Source: Candidatus Thorarchaeota archaeon (GTDB lineage: Archaea; Asgardarchaeota; Thorarchaeia; Thorarchaeales; Thorarchaeaceae). From it: a stretch of DNA of 64,000 nt. The DNA lies in the NCBI GenBank assembly GCA_963726195.1, contig CAVSBO010000003.1, positions 576,001 through 640,000 of the forward strand. The letters run 5' to 3'. Numbering within the stretch: the stretch's first letter is position 1; the number at the start of each line of letters is the position of its first letter. The notes under the pieces are model-generated. The model had not been told where the DNA came from. It saw only the letters and a list, made by a program, of their open reading frames with translations, and searched no databases. The position numbers and the translations under genes were made by a program. Shown one piece after another: positions 10,602 through 20,475 of this stretch.

Positions 10602-10857
10602 ATGGGTAACTCAATTCAAGCGTACGTGCTTATGGACATCGAAATAGGGCAGTTGGACAAAGTTGTTGAAAAGCTGAGACTCATTCAAGAAGCCAACAAG
10701 ATTGCCGTGGTAACAGGACATTACGACATCATAATGCGGCTTCAGGTCGAAAGCCTGGAGCGAACTCTACGATATCACTATCCAAAGAATCCATACGATA
10801 CCAGGAATTAGAGAAACAACCACGGCAGTGATTGAAAAAATATACGTAGTGCACTAG
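10602..10857 (+). CDS. Stand-alone Lrp/AsnC ligand-binding (RAM) domain protein (frameshift at ~10761)
   Basis: GAGGTG RBS then ATG 10602. AYVLMDIE...VVTGHYDIIMRLQVESLE continues after a one-base shift as ELYDITIQRIHTIPGIRETTTAVIEK to TAG 10857. Confidence 0.85.
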
Positions 10858-10962
10858 TTCATTGTTAGAGCGGCGCCAGTGCTGTTGCGACCCAACACCT
10901 TTTATGTCGACGACCCTCGCTCCTGACGTCGGCATGCCACCACAACGTAGTATTGGCACGCC

Positions 10963-11934
10963 ATGTCATGGTCTCTCATGGTGGTCTGTTTGTCAGAAGA
11001 AGTCGAAATACTTGGATTGACAAAGAACTTCGGGAAACTTGTCGCTCTCGACCACATTGAAGCCTCCATTCCTCAAGGGTCCATCTTCGGACTCCTTGGT
11101 CCCAACGGAGCAGGGAAGAGCACAACCATTCGGCTCCTATGCACACTGTTGAGGCCTACTGATGGAACGGCGAGAGTCTCTGAGTTCGACGTTATAGAGA
11201 ACCCCGTCAAGGTGAGAGAGATTACTGGTGTCCTCCCTGAAGAGGGAAATCACACTCTGTACCCCTCGCTGACTGTCTACGCCAATCTTGAGTACTTTGC
11301 GCGACTGTATGGAGTCCCAGAAGAAGAAATCCCCATCAGAATACAGGACCTTCTGAATTTCATGGAACTCTGGGAAAGAAAAGACGACAAGGCCGGGAAA
11401 CTGAGCACCGGCAACAGACAGAGGGTCGCTCTGTGCCGAGCCATGCTTCACAAGCCGAAAGTTCTGTTGCTAGACGAACCGACATCTGCTCTTGACCCTG
11501 TCGCGGCAAAGAGAGTTCGTGAACTGATTCTCAATCTCTCTCGAAAGTACAAACAGACGTTCTTCATCAACTCGCACAACCTAGCCGAGGTCCAACGTAT
11601 CTGCGATAGAATCGCGATAATAGACGAAGGGAAGATTCTACTGACAGGAATGACGACGGAGCTTCGTGAGAAACTCCATGGACAGCAGGAGTATAGGATA
11701 AGAGTCGTGGGCGACGTAGGCAAGGCTGAGTCAATAGTCCGGTCTGTCGACTTCGTGGAGTCTACAAGCACCGAGATTGATACGATTGTTGTGAAAGTCA
11801 AGGACCCACTGCAAAACAACTCAAAGCTCATTCGCAAGCTGGTCGATAGTGGTGTTAACGTCGTCGAGTTCTCCGAAGAGGAAGCAAGTCTAGAGGACTT
11901 GTATTTGCAGACAATCAAAGGAGGCACCAAGTGA
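10963..11934 (+). CDS. ABC-2 type exporter ATP-binding protein (DUF4162-like C-terminus)
   Basis: Walker A GPNGAGKST, signature LSTGNRQR, Walker B LLLDEPT, H-loop NSH. Confidence 0.95.
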   Translation: MSWSLMVVCLSEEVEILGLTKNFGKLVALDHIEASIPQGSIFGLLGPNGAGKSTTIRLLCTLLRPTDGTARVSEFDVIENPVKVREITGVLPEEGNHTLYPSLTVYANLEYFARLYGVPEEEIPIRIQDLLNFMELWERKDDKAGKLSTGNRQRVALCRAMLHKPKVLLLDEPTSALDPVAAKRVRELILNLSRKYKQTFFINSHNLAEVQRICDRIAIIDEGKILLTGMTTELREKLHGQQEYRIRVVGDVGKAESIVRSVDFVESTSTEIDTIVVKVKDPLQNNSKLIRKLVDSGVNVVEFSEEEASLEDLYLQTIKGGTK

Positions 11935-12698
11935 TGGCTCGTCGGAAGGCAATGCTGGTCGCGAGAACAGACTTAAAGATGGCTCTTCAAGTTAGATACG
12001 TAAAGCTCAGCCTGATTGCCATGGGAGCTTTGGGGCCCTTCATCGTGCTGTTTCTGATTGGTCTAATGGCAGCGGCCGTGCCGTTAGGGGCGGAATATGA
12101 TGTTCTCATGTCTATATTCCCACAAATCGGATCAACAATGATCGCTATGTTCTCGGTGATACCTGCTACGATGATAGCCGCGAACGCTCTAGTCGGTGAG
12201 AGGGAGCAGAACACATTGGAAGCAATCTTGTCCACGCCTCTTACAGACCGCGAACTCCTGCTCGGCAAGACACTCAGTTCGTTCATTCCGAGCATAGTTC
12301 TCCTCTTGAGTGGAACAGCCGCAGTCATGATAGGGACCACGGTTGAATTCTTCTTTGCGCATAAGCCTTGGATGATGATTCCAGGTGTCGAAGGCCTTTT
12401 CGTAATCCTAGCCGCAGCGCCCCTCGTAATCTTGGCTGCTGTATCCATAAACATCCTGATTAGCGGGAAGGTGAAGAGAGTCTACGAGGCATATCAGTCG
12501 TCAGGAGTGGTTATACTGGTTCTCATGATTCCCATGTTCATTCCTATCATCGGCCTCAATCCAAGCGGGGTTCCAAATCCAAACATCATTTGGTTTGGCA
12601 ACTTACTGACTTTCCTTGTCAGCGCGGTGCTCGTAACAGTCACTTGGGCAGTCGCACTTAGGCGGTTCAATAGGGATGCCATGGTTTCCCGAAGATAG
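11931..12698 (+). CDS. ABC-2 type transporter permease
   Basis: Six TM helices and the VGEREQNTLEAILSTPLTDRELLLGK motif; overlaps the ATPase stop (GTGA). Confidence 0.92.
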   Translation: MMARRKAMLVARTDLKMALQVRYVKLSLIAMGALGPFIVLFLIGLMAAAVPLGAEYDVLMSIFPQIGSTMIAMFSVIPATMIAANALVGEREQNTLEAILSTPLTDRELLLGKTLSSFIPSIVLLLSGTAAVMIGTTVEFFFAHKPWMMIPGVEGLFVILAAAPLVILAAVSINILISGKVKRVYEAYQSSGVVILVLMIPMFIPIIGLNPSGVPNPNIIWFGNLLTFLVSAVLVTVTWAVALRRFNRDAMVSRR

Positions 12699-12781
12699 GA
12701 AGAAGATGATGTACCACGCCTCTGTCTCTTTCTCAAGGTTGTTCGCAGCGAAGAGGAGAGTTGCCTACAGGGCTATGTGAA

Positions 12782-13309
12782 CTAATCACGTAAGAGCTTC
12801 AGACCCGTTGGATACCTTAAGGCTAGGTCTCTGTAGATTGCCTTGAACTTTGAGAGCTCTTCCTTGTGACGTTGCTGTACGTCGCCGATCACTTTCGCAG
12901 GCACACCGACTGCAATCTTCTCGTCAGGCACCTGAAGGCCCTGAGTAATGACCGTCCCTTCTCCAACAATGGCCCAGCGTCCGACAACGGCATAGTCCGA
13001 TACTATTGCGCCCATACCGATTACGGCTTCGTCTTTGACCGTGGCATTGTGGACAATACATCCATGTCCCAGCGTCACGTTCTTGCCAATGGTTGTCTTC
13101 TCTCCGGGCCTTGCGTGCACAACCACATTATCCTGAACACTCGTGCCATCACCTATCGTCACTTCCCCGTAGTCGCCCTTGACAACGGCCCCAGGAGCGA
13201 CATAGCAGAGACTCCCGATCGAGACCTTTCCAATCACTGTCGCAGAGTGACTGATGTACGCCTTGTCACTAATCGCAGGGACCCTACCTTCGAATTCGTA
13301 CACTGTCAT
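12782..13309 (-). CDS. Gamma-class carbonic anhydrase / hexapeptide-repeat protein (YrdA/PaaY-like)
   Basis: Hexapeptide repeats, VQDNVVVH, TLGHGCIVH (His ligands), IGMGA and GVPAKVI. Confidence 0.92.
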   Translation of the reverse strand: MTVYEFEGRVPAISDKAYISHSATVIGKVSIGSLCYVAPGAVVKGDYGEVTIGDGTSVQDNVVVHARPGEKTTIGKNVTLGHGCIVHNATVKDEAVIGMGAIVSDYAVVGRWAIVGEGTVITQGLQVPDEKIAVGVPAKVIGDVQQRHKEELSKFKAIYRDLALRYPTGLKLLRD

Positions 13310-13442
13310 GGAGAATCACGAGAATAGCAGGTGCCAACCTCGATATTAGTGTGAAGGTCAGTATTGCCTTTACAGGCGTATCTGGCGAAACGTTAAATGC
13401 CAGCGCGGCTGATTGATTACTGATTATATTCCAACGATAGGG

Positions 13443-13850
13443 ATGGCGTACATGACAAAGAAGACATCGAAGAGTGAAGAGCCACACGAGTTTCCCATCC
13501 TCAGGGGCGAATCGGTTGGACGAAGTGGCGAGTTCACTGGTCGAGTAGTCATTGTTGCCGATCCCAAGAACCTGAAACGGCGCTGGGCATCGGACGAAAT
13601 CGCGGTTTTGGGGATGAATCTCGAAAAGCACTTCAAAACAAACGCGCAGGACATGAAGAATCTGTTCAGCAAGGTGTCAGCGATACTAGCTGAGTTCGGT
13701 GAACCAATTGGTGAGTTCGCATCAATGGCCTACGCTCACCAAACAATGGGCATAATAAACGTCCGCGACGCAACGCACGTACTCGAAACCGACATGCACA
13801 TTCGCTTGCTGTCCTCAGAGAATCAGGGTGAAGTCTTCTTTATCTCATGA
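13443..13850 (+). CDS. Stand-alone PEP-utilising enzyme mobile (swivelling) domain-like protein lacking the phospho-His
   Basis: LRGESVGRSGEFTGRVVIVADP...SAILAEFGEPIGEFASMA...GIINVRDATHVL follows the mobile-domain pattern, but the SHAA His is absent. Confidence 0.55.
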   Translation: MAYMTKKTSKSEEPHEFPILRGESVGRSGEFTGRVVIVADPKNLKRRWASDEIAVLGMNLEKHFKTNAQDMKNLFSKVSAILAEFGEPIGEFASMAYAHQTMGIINVRDATHVLETDMHIRLLSSENQGEVFFIS

Positions 13851-14094
13851 ATGATGGAAACTGAAAGCCCTTATCGAGAGCAACCCTTGAGGCCTCTTGG
13901 AGACAAGTGATGCCCAAGCCAGAGGAACCAAAGAAGCAGTTAACGATGCTCGACCTCTTCACGTCCTAGTCTACGTGCCCTCCGTGTCGCCGCCTAGACG
14001 GGAGGCAGAGCACGAAGGAAATGGGCAGGCTGAGTGGACTGCTTGTCGCTAGATTCAATAAGACCCTTAGAACGTAAGTCTTCTGACAGTCAAA

Positions 14095-15288
14095 ATGGCA
14101 AGAACCATCGGCATAATCGGCAACGGCGTGACTGCAGTCACTGCAACACGTGAAATCGCACGTATTGATTCGAGTGCGAAAATCGACGTTTTCACTGACG
14201 AACGGCATGCATACTATCCCAGACCTAGACTCATAGACTACATAGCTGGTCACGTGAACGAACAGGACATAATTCAGTACGATCAGGATTGGTACGAGAA
14301 GCATGGCGCACACCTTCATCTCTCTCAAGCAGCTGTGAAAGTGGACCCCCAGACAAGAAGCATAGTCACCGAGTCCTCCAGTCATTCGGGCTACGATGCT
14401 GTTCTGATTGGAGTTGGAAGCTATCCATTTGTGCCCCCGATTCAGGGCATGGACAAACGAGGTGTGCACGTCCTCAGGACCTTAGACGATGCAATAACGA
14501 TTCGGGACACAGTAGCGAGTTCAAGGCAGGTGATCGTAGTCGGAGGAGGAATCCTTGGAATAGAACTCGCCGCTGCAATTAAAGAATCGGGTCAGGAGCC
14601 GATTGTTGTCACGAACATAGACACACTGCTACCCGCACAGTTAGATCGAAACGCAAGCGACCTGCTCGCGAAAAGACTCGAGAAGTTGGGCATAAGGGTG
14701 CTAACGAACTTCGCTTGCAAGCAGGTAACAGGAAATGAACAGGCTAGTGGTGTCATCTCAACAGCTGGGGGCACAGTTGATGGCGACATGATAGTTGCTG
14801 CTACGGGCGTCAAGCCGAATGTTGAGCTGGCGAAGACAACAGGTATTGGGATCGGCAAAGGCATAATCGTCGATGAAACAATGCAGACCTCCATTCCAAA
14901 GATCTTTGCGGCAGGCGACTGTATCGAATGGAAAGGAACCTACTACGGAATCATACCTGTAGCATTGGAGACCGCGAAAACCGCTGCACAGAACATGCTC
15001 AAGCTGGGTTCCAAGAAATACGAAGGCACTATTCCATCAAACACTCTGCAAGTTGCTGGCATAGACTTGACTTCTATGGGTGTGTTCAATCCACAGACAC
15101 CGGAGTACGAATCGTCAGTGCGAACCGACCCAAAGAGGGGAACATATCTCAAAGTTGTTAGCAAGGATGGTATTGCAGTTGGCGGCATTGCCTATGGTGA
15201 CAGGAAGTTCGCCATCAAACTGAGAGGCTTGGTGATGAACCACAGGGACATATCAAAGCTCAAGAATACCATATTCGATACGGAATGA
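14095..15288 (+). CDS. FAD-dependent pyridine nucleotide-disulfide oxidoreductase (NAD(P)H:rubredoxin reductase / NirB N-terminal-like)
   Basis: IIGNGVTA, YYPRPRL, GVHVLRTLDDA, VVGGGILGIE, ATGVKPN and IFAAGDC motifs. Confidence 0.9.
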   Translation: MARTIGIIGNGVTAVTATREIARIDSSAKIDVFTDERHAYYPRPRLIDYIAGHVNEQDIIQYDQDWYEKHGAHLHLSQAAVKVDPQTRSIVTESSSHSGYDAVLIGVGSYPFVPPIQGMDKRGVHVLRTLDDAITIRDTVASSRQVIVVGGGILGIELAAAIKESGQEPIVVTNIDTLLPAQLDRNASDLLAKRLEKLGIRVLTNFACKQVTGNEQASGVISTAGGTVDGDMIVAATGVKPNVELAKTTGIGIGKGIIVDETMQTSIPKIFAAGDCIEWKGTYYGIIPVALETAKTAAQNMLKLGSKKYEGTIPSNTLQVAGIDLTSMGVFNPQTPEYESSVRTDPKRGTYLKVVSKDGIAVGGIAYGDRKFAIKLRGLVMNHRDISKLKNTIFDTE

Positions 15289-15460
15289 TATTTCACTCTT
15301 GGGTTTCAGCCAAAGGCTGACGCCCTTTGTCTCCTTCAGAGTTTCCACATAACTCACGGAAACGGGACTATTGCTGACTGTCATGAAATCTAGTAGTGAG
15401 AGCGGCATGCGTTCTAGTATTTCCATATCTCTCCCATGAAGTGCACAAAGAAAAAGAAAC

Positions 15461-15530
15461 GCGGAGGAAGCGTGCTCACTCGATGACTACATCCTCCGCT
15501 TTGCCCGTTCTCACGAATTGCGAGACCGGG
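15461..15530. terminator. Twin stem-loops between convergent genes (possible terminator or structured RNA)
   Basis: GCGGAGGA (15461-15468) pairs with TCCTCCGC (15492-15499), flanked by an A-rich run and TTTG. A second hairpin, CCCG-TCTC...GAGA-CGGG, lies at 15504-15530. Confidence 0.4.
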
Positions 15531-15578
15531 AGGAAGACCGAGCGACAAACCAACTCAACGCAGACGATGTAAATCGCA

Positions 15579-17117
15579 TCAATCAGATGTGGCAAGTACC
15601 TGAGTATCGGTGGTCAGCGTCACGGGTTTGGCCTGTATGTGCGTTGCTCGAACAACCTTCTCGGAGTATGAAGACTTCATGAGTGCAAGAGTCGTGGGAC
15701 CAAGTGCACCCGACTCCCTTACTATGCGAAACTCCTCGCTATCCGCCATCAGCGCCTCTTCAAGAGCCATCAGGAATTGAACCGTGTCGATATTCCTGTT
15801 ACCCAGCATCAGAGCCAGTGTGTAGTGTGGAACCCCGTTCTCGACTAGACCTACCATGCAATAATCGGAGACCTGAACACCAGTCATTGAACATGCTGTG
15901 GCCATTGCTTTCGCAACATGCTTGTCGGAGAGCTTTTCGCCCGACATGCTCACAACCTTGCCTTTTCTTCCTATCGATCGAATCGTGTATGGGTCAGTGC
16001 TCGAGAACGTCACCATGTCACCAAGTCTGTACCTATAACATCCCGCATTGGTTGTCAGGACAATCTCGTAACGGAAACCCTTCCTAACCTCCAACAATGG
16101 TACGACCGTGGGGTCCGGTACGTCAACGTCACTCTCAGGAATAAACTCAAAGTAATTGAGGTTCGGAAGTAGCTGTACCCCAAGTTCTTCAAAGAGCTGA
16201 CCTCCATAGACCCCTTCGGACCCTCCATACATATCAAGAAGCGTTGTTGTGGGGAGAGTCTTACTGATCCATTCTCTGTAGGGTGCGCAGTCTATTCCTG
16301 TTGCTGTCATCAATCGGAGGTTAGGCCACAAACCTTGCACGTCCAAAGTGCCATCATCGTCAATGAAACGACGAATTCTCTCTTCATGACGAGTCCCCCT
16401 TAGGGTTTCGAGCAACCACGGACCATATTGGCTCTGCATCCGGCGAATCAATGCAAGCAATAGTGTGGTTATGCCCATTAGGGCAGTCACATTCTCCGTG
16501 GCAAGGAGTGTAGCGAAACGCCTCATTTTCTCATCAATATCCATGATATTGAAGACATCTTCGCCTGGTTTCATTAGTCGCTTCATTATTGGGTTCAGGT
16601 TCCGGGCTATGGCACCAGTCATGTAACCTACTGGGACGCCATTCATATAATCAACGACAGCCGGAGCGCCGAGTGTCACAAGGGATCCTTCAAACATCTT
16701 CGCATTTGCAGGGTCTCTGTTCACAAATGACAACAGAATGAGCATTGTCGCCTTGGACGAATCATCGGCTCCCCCTGTCGTCACGGGAATACACTTCGGC
16801 TTGCCCGTGGTTCCCGAAGTCTTATAGTAATGGATTACCGGGTCGGCCGTCAGAATATGTCCCTTTGGATTGTCATATGTCATCTTCCAGTACGGTTCCA
16901 TATCGTGGCAGTCGAACAGCGGGACCTTCGAAGAATACTCATCAGGATTTCTCAAAGAATCAAACCCGTATCTCTTGCCAAAGACGGTCTCTTTGTGGCG
17001 AGCAAGCACCGACATCAGCTTCTCTTCAGTGAGCTCGATTGGATTACTGAGGATTCGCTCGATTTCTCTTGCCTTCCTCTTGGCCATTGTTGAAACAAGT
17101 TGTCTCATAATCGACAT
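15579..17117 (-). CDS. GH3 family acyl acid-amido synthetase (adenylate-forming)
   Basis: GH3 motifs TSGTTGKPKCIP, YGGSEG, YFEFIP, YEIVLTTNAGCYRYRLGD and GEKL; start placed at MSIMRQ (17117). Confidence 0.9.
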   Translation of the reverse strand: MSIMRQLVSTMAKRKAREIERILSNPIELTEEKLMSVLARHKETVFGKRYGFDSLRNPDEYSSKVPLFDCHDMEPYWKMTYDNPKGHILTADPVIHYYKTSGTTGKPKCIPVTTGGADDSSKATMLILLSFVNRDPANAKMFEGSLVTLGAPAVVDYMNGVPVGYMTGAIARNLNPIMKRLMKPGEDVFNIMDIDEKMRRFATLLATENVTALMGITTLLLALIRRMQSQYGPWLLETLRGTRHEERIRRFIDDDGTLDVQGLWPNLRLMTATGIDCAPYREWISKTLPTTTLLDMYGGSEGVYGGQLFEELGVQLLPNLNYFEFIPESDVDVPDPTVVPLLEVRKGFRYEIVLTTNAGCYRYRLGDMVTFSSTDPYTIRSIGRKGKVVSMSGEKLSDKHVAKAMATACSMTGVQVSDYCMVGLVENGVPHYTLALMLGNRNIDTVQFLMALEEALMADSEEFRIVRESGALGPTTLALMKSSYSEKVVRATHIQAKPVTLTTDTQVLATSD

Positions 17118-17733
17118 CTGCGTGACTAGCCTCCAGACGCTTGGAACAGGGAGTCCCAAGCAGTGCTGCGGAATGCGACACACCCTGACAAATATCCCCA
17201 GCGCATCACGCGGAGCAGTATAATGCGAATCTCTACCAGCGTCTTGGATACTATGGAGCTCCCGAAATAGAAAATGCACTCTATTATTATGAATTCTTGA
17301 CACCAACAGGTTATGACATGCGTTACGATATACTCATTACGGAGTTCCTCGATTATTCAGCATTCAGTCGTGATTACTAGAGTGTGAAGTCAGGAGATCC
17401 ATGAAAACAACTCAAAATACCTACTAGCCCAGGCGCGCTTCTACGGCCTCAATGCACCGTAGGGCAGCACGCTAGCGATATGCCCACAGACTCTGCAAAC
17501 CCTTTCGATTCTCCGAATGCAAGGTGGTATCACAGGGCCTGCACTTCTCCGTAATCCCGTTGTTTGTACGGCCATCTTGTACCCCCGATGCTATGAAAAA
17601 GCATCCTAATGACTCTACTGCATCTCAGCGTTCCTTTGGCATTCGCTTGGGTCTTCTCTGGTTCTATACATGTCCACGACGTTGCATCCTAACACCCAAG
17701 AATCCAGTAAGGAGTTGTGATCATGGTGAAGAA

Positions 17734-18486
17734 ATGATAGCCAAGTTAGAGGCTCAGCTGCTTTCGCTCAGCGCAGTTCGCAGAAACGGCGTCGGCACGG
17801 TGGATGTCACAGGCCCACTTCAAGTGATGTTGAACAACGGAGACCGTTGCATCGTCAATGCAAGACTCCGATATCATGGGCCAGACACTAGTTCGTGGCT
17901 TGCGGTGGTAGTCGGTCTCAGGAGTCGAATTCTCGCCCCATTCAGCAGGTTCGACAGCGAGAGAAACCAGTTCTTGCCTTGTGACATCCCCGGTCTGGTC
18001 CCCGCTTTAGCTCTCACGGTGGCCCATCAGGATTGCGGACTCGCAGTGAGTGCCATAGCACATGATACATTCACCCACCTTGTCCTTGTGTTCGAAGGAG
18101 ATGTAGCCGCCAAGGGAGGTAATCTGAGATCGCTCGCCACGTCTGTTTGGAGCTTCATGAAACGTTGGACAGACTGGACGGATGTATTGCTGGCCACTGC
18201 TTCGCGTGATCCATCAGTAGCTCAGTGGAACGTGGACTGGCGTGAATTCCTCGCTGGAGAGTCAGGGTTCGTGACCATGCCCTGGTTCAAACCGATGAAT
18301 TACTCAGAGAGAGCTCTTGGGCTAGAGACAATCGTGGCGGCCTCTAAGTCTCTCTTGGCATCTGTTCTCAGCCAAGCTCAGATGGAGGATTCTGCAATTC
18401 GAACACTCACTTCTTGGCTGTATCAACTCGCACCACTTGTAGAGATTGTCGGGGGAATGGAAGCGGCAGAGGAGGCTGAAGTCTAA
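17734..18486 (+). CDS. Hypothetical protein (first gene of the recombination/repair operon)
   Basis: Long ORF with ATG 17734 behind GGTGA; Trp-rich WREFLAGESGFVTMPWF segment; no recognised family. Confidence 0.7.
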   Translation: MIAKLEAQLLSLSAVRRNGVGTVDVTGPLQVMLNNGDRCIVNARLRYHGPDTSSWLAVVVGLRSRILAPFSRFDSERNQFLPCDIPGLVPALALTVAHQDCGLAVSAIAHDTFTHLVLVFEGDVAAKGGNLRSLATSVWSFMKRWTDWTDVLLATASRDPSVAQWNVDWREFLAGESGFVTMPWFKPMNYSERALGLETIVAASKSLLASVLSQAQMEDSAIRTLTSWLYQLAPLVEIVGGMEAAEEAEV

Positions 18487-18487
18487 C

Positions 18488-18955
18488 ATGATGTGTGAAG
18501 ATGAATGTCGAAACCTTCCGAGATTGACTGTAGAGATCATGGGGCCCTCATGGATAGCCGGAGCAGTGACCGGCATCAAAGCGTCCAGAAGACGAAGCAC
18601 GGATTGGATTTGGGAATGTTTCGTCGAGGAGTTGTATGACACAGTCGAGCGGATGGGAGGAATTCAACCAGCCGAACCAGCCAGCTCACCGGCGGACGAG
18701 GACGGCTTCGCGGGCTCAGCATACGACACGCTGGGGGGTTACGTGAGCACAGCAGGCGAAATCCGTTCTCAGGGACTCTACTTCAGTCTCTCTCCGAAAC
18801 ACTATGAGAACGTTATGAGCCTGCTTCCGGACTTTGTGATGCTCAGGGCAAGAGGTGGTCTCATTGTGCCACACTATGAACTACGTTCCTTCCTGAATCT
18901 CGTGCCTGTGAACGGGCCGTTGTTGGACCAACTAGCCGAGGGGGGCATGCAATGA
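18488..18955 (+). CDS. Hypothetical protein
   Basis: Starts 1 nt after the previous stop; its stop overlaps the RadA start (ATGA). Confidence 0.7.
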   Translation: MMCEDECRNLPRLTVEIMGPSWIAGAVTGIKASRRRSTDWIWECFVEELYDTVERMGGIQPAEPASSPADEDGFAGSAYDTLGGYVSTAGEIRSQGLYFSLSPKHYENVMSLLPDFVMLRARGGLIVPHYELRSFLNLVPVNGPLLDQLAEGGMQ

Positions 18956-20028
18956 CAGAGCTTGAGGCGGTATCAGGAGTCGGGCCTGCAGTTGCCAAGA
19001 AACTGCGAGAAGTGTTTGTGACAACAGCTGAACTTCTAGCTGTGCAGAATCATGTGGACTTGCAGAACAAGACCAAGATGGGAGAAGGCACCGCTCTGAA
19101 GATCATACGAAACGCCAGACAATTGGTTGGGCTTTGCGGTTTCAAATCCGGTCTCGAAATCGAGCAAGAGATGTCGAGCAAGCCTAGGTTGAGTGTGGGA
19201 ATCGACAAGGCAAATGCAGCACTTCTTGGCGGAATTGAAACAGGTTCGGTCGTGGAGTTCTACGGTGCTGCCCGAAGTGGGAAGACACAGTGGTGCGGTC
19301 AACTTGCTGTTATGGTTCAGCTACCCAAGGAAAAGGGAGGACTTGAAGGCCGTGTGCTTTGGCTGGACACGGAGAGCTCCTTCAAACCATGGATTATCCG
19401 GGCAAACGCAGTGCGGTTTGGTCTGGACCCGGATGTTGCCTTGGGAAACATAGGTCATGCTCACATCGTAATGACTGAACAGATGACGCAGCTGTTTGAG
19501 AATATACCGCAGCTGTGCGCGGAGCAAGACTACAAGCTCGTAGTGATTGACTCATTGACTGGACTGTTCAGAGCTGAATACACCGGGCTTGAGCTACTGA
19601 GAGTGAGGCAGCAGGAAATGAACAGCCTCCTCAATCTGATGAGACGAACTGGTACCGCGACTGGCACAATCTTCTGCTACACCAACCAGGTCATGGCGAG
19701 CATGGGGACATTCAGGTCGAACCCGAACTCGCCCGTTGGCGGGCACATACTCTCGCACGCTTCTGACTATAGGTTCTACGTCAAGAAGAAGCTGAAGGAT
19801 GTGAGGGGTCTTCAGCTTCAAGATAATGCTGGAATACCCGAATTCGATCTTGATGTTGTCATTGGTTGGGGAGGGTTTTACACAGATGCGAAAACGAAGA
19901 AGAAACTCGAAGCAGACGTTCTAGAGTATCTTAGGAAAACCGGCTGGAACCCTGAGATCGCAGAGAGTGGCGAGGACTCTGAGGAAGTAAAGGAAGAGAC
20001 TGAGGAGATTGCGGAGGAAAACGAATAG
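18952..20028 (+). CDS. radA: RadA/Rad51-family recombinase (divergent paralog with acidic C-terminal tail)
   Basis: N-terminal HhH (VSGVGPAVAKKL), polymerisation-like FKSG, GGIETGSVVEFYGAARSGKTQ, VQLPKEKGGLEG, LDTESSF, LVVIDS, FRAEY, RQQ, TNQV and PVGGHILSHAS. Confidence 0.85.
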   Translation: MTELEAVSGVGPAVAKKLREVFVTTAELLAVQNHVDLQNKTKMGEGTALKIIRNARQLVGLCGFKSGLEIEQEMSSKPRLSVGIDKANAALLGGIETGSVVEFYGAARSGKTQWCGQLAVMVQLPKEKGGLEGRVLWLDTESSFKPWIIRANAVRFGLDPDVALGNIGHAHIVMTEQMTQLFENIPQLCAEQDYKLVVIDSLTGLFRAEYTGLELLRVRQQEMNSLLNLMRRTGTATGTIFCYTNQVMASMGTFRSNPNSPVGGHILSHASDYRFYVKKKLKDVRGLQLQDNAGIPEFDLDVVIGWGGFYTDAKTKKKLEADVLEYLRKTGWNPEIAESGEDSEEVKEETEEIAEENE

Positions 20029-20048
20029 TGCTGGCCAAAGAGAGAGGC

Positions 20049-20474
20049 ATGTTCCGCATATATCAGTGCCCTCGATGTCGAAACATTGGATTTGCCCAAG
20101 TCGAAAGCGAGGAGTGTGTTTCACGATGCAGCCTGTGTCAAGGGCCCATTGTGCATATGCCCGCCATGCAGTATGCTGCGACCATTCAGGAGGCAGAGTC
20201 GTACGTCAAAGAGGCCGTAGCCGGATCGAAGCTGAAGCCAAGATCCGCAGGCAGCCTACGAACGATAGGGCTGAAGAAGCGAGTGTTCAACATAATTGAA
20301 GCTCTCGTGGACATGAACAGGGGTTTCCCAGTAACGCTGGACGAGGTTCTTCGTGAATGCACAGATGCCGGCATAGATACGGATAGGGCAACGGACTTCA
20401 TTGAAGCGCTTCTCACTGAAGGAACTCTCAGTGGAGACAAGCTCGGAATGAAACCAGCAGGGAGGCCTTCGTGA
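20049..20474 (+). CDS. Zn-ribbon plus winged-helix protein (DUF5817/MCM C-terminal-like)
   Basis: CPRC...CSLC zinc ribbon followed by a VTLDEVLRECTDAGIDTDRATDFIEALLTEG wH domain. Confidence 0.65.
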   Translation: MFRIYQCPRCRNIGFAQVESEECVSRCSLCQGPIVHMPAMQYAATIQEAESYVKEAVAGSKLKPRSAGSLRTIGLKKRVFNIIEALVDMNRGFPVTLDEVLRECTDAGIDTDRATDFIEALLTEGTLSGDKLGMKPAGRPS

Positions 20475-20475
20475 G

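Noticed and set aside
15253-15426. 57-codon - strand ORF (MEILERMPLS...)
   Set aside because: Short, no recognisable motif and overlapping the oxidoreductase 3' end, so not supportable as a gene.
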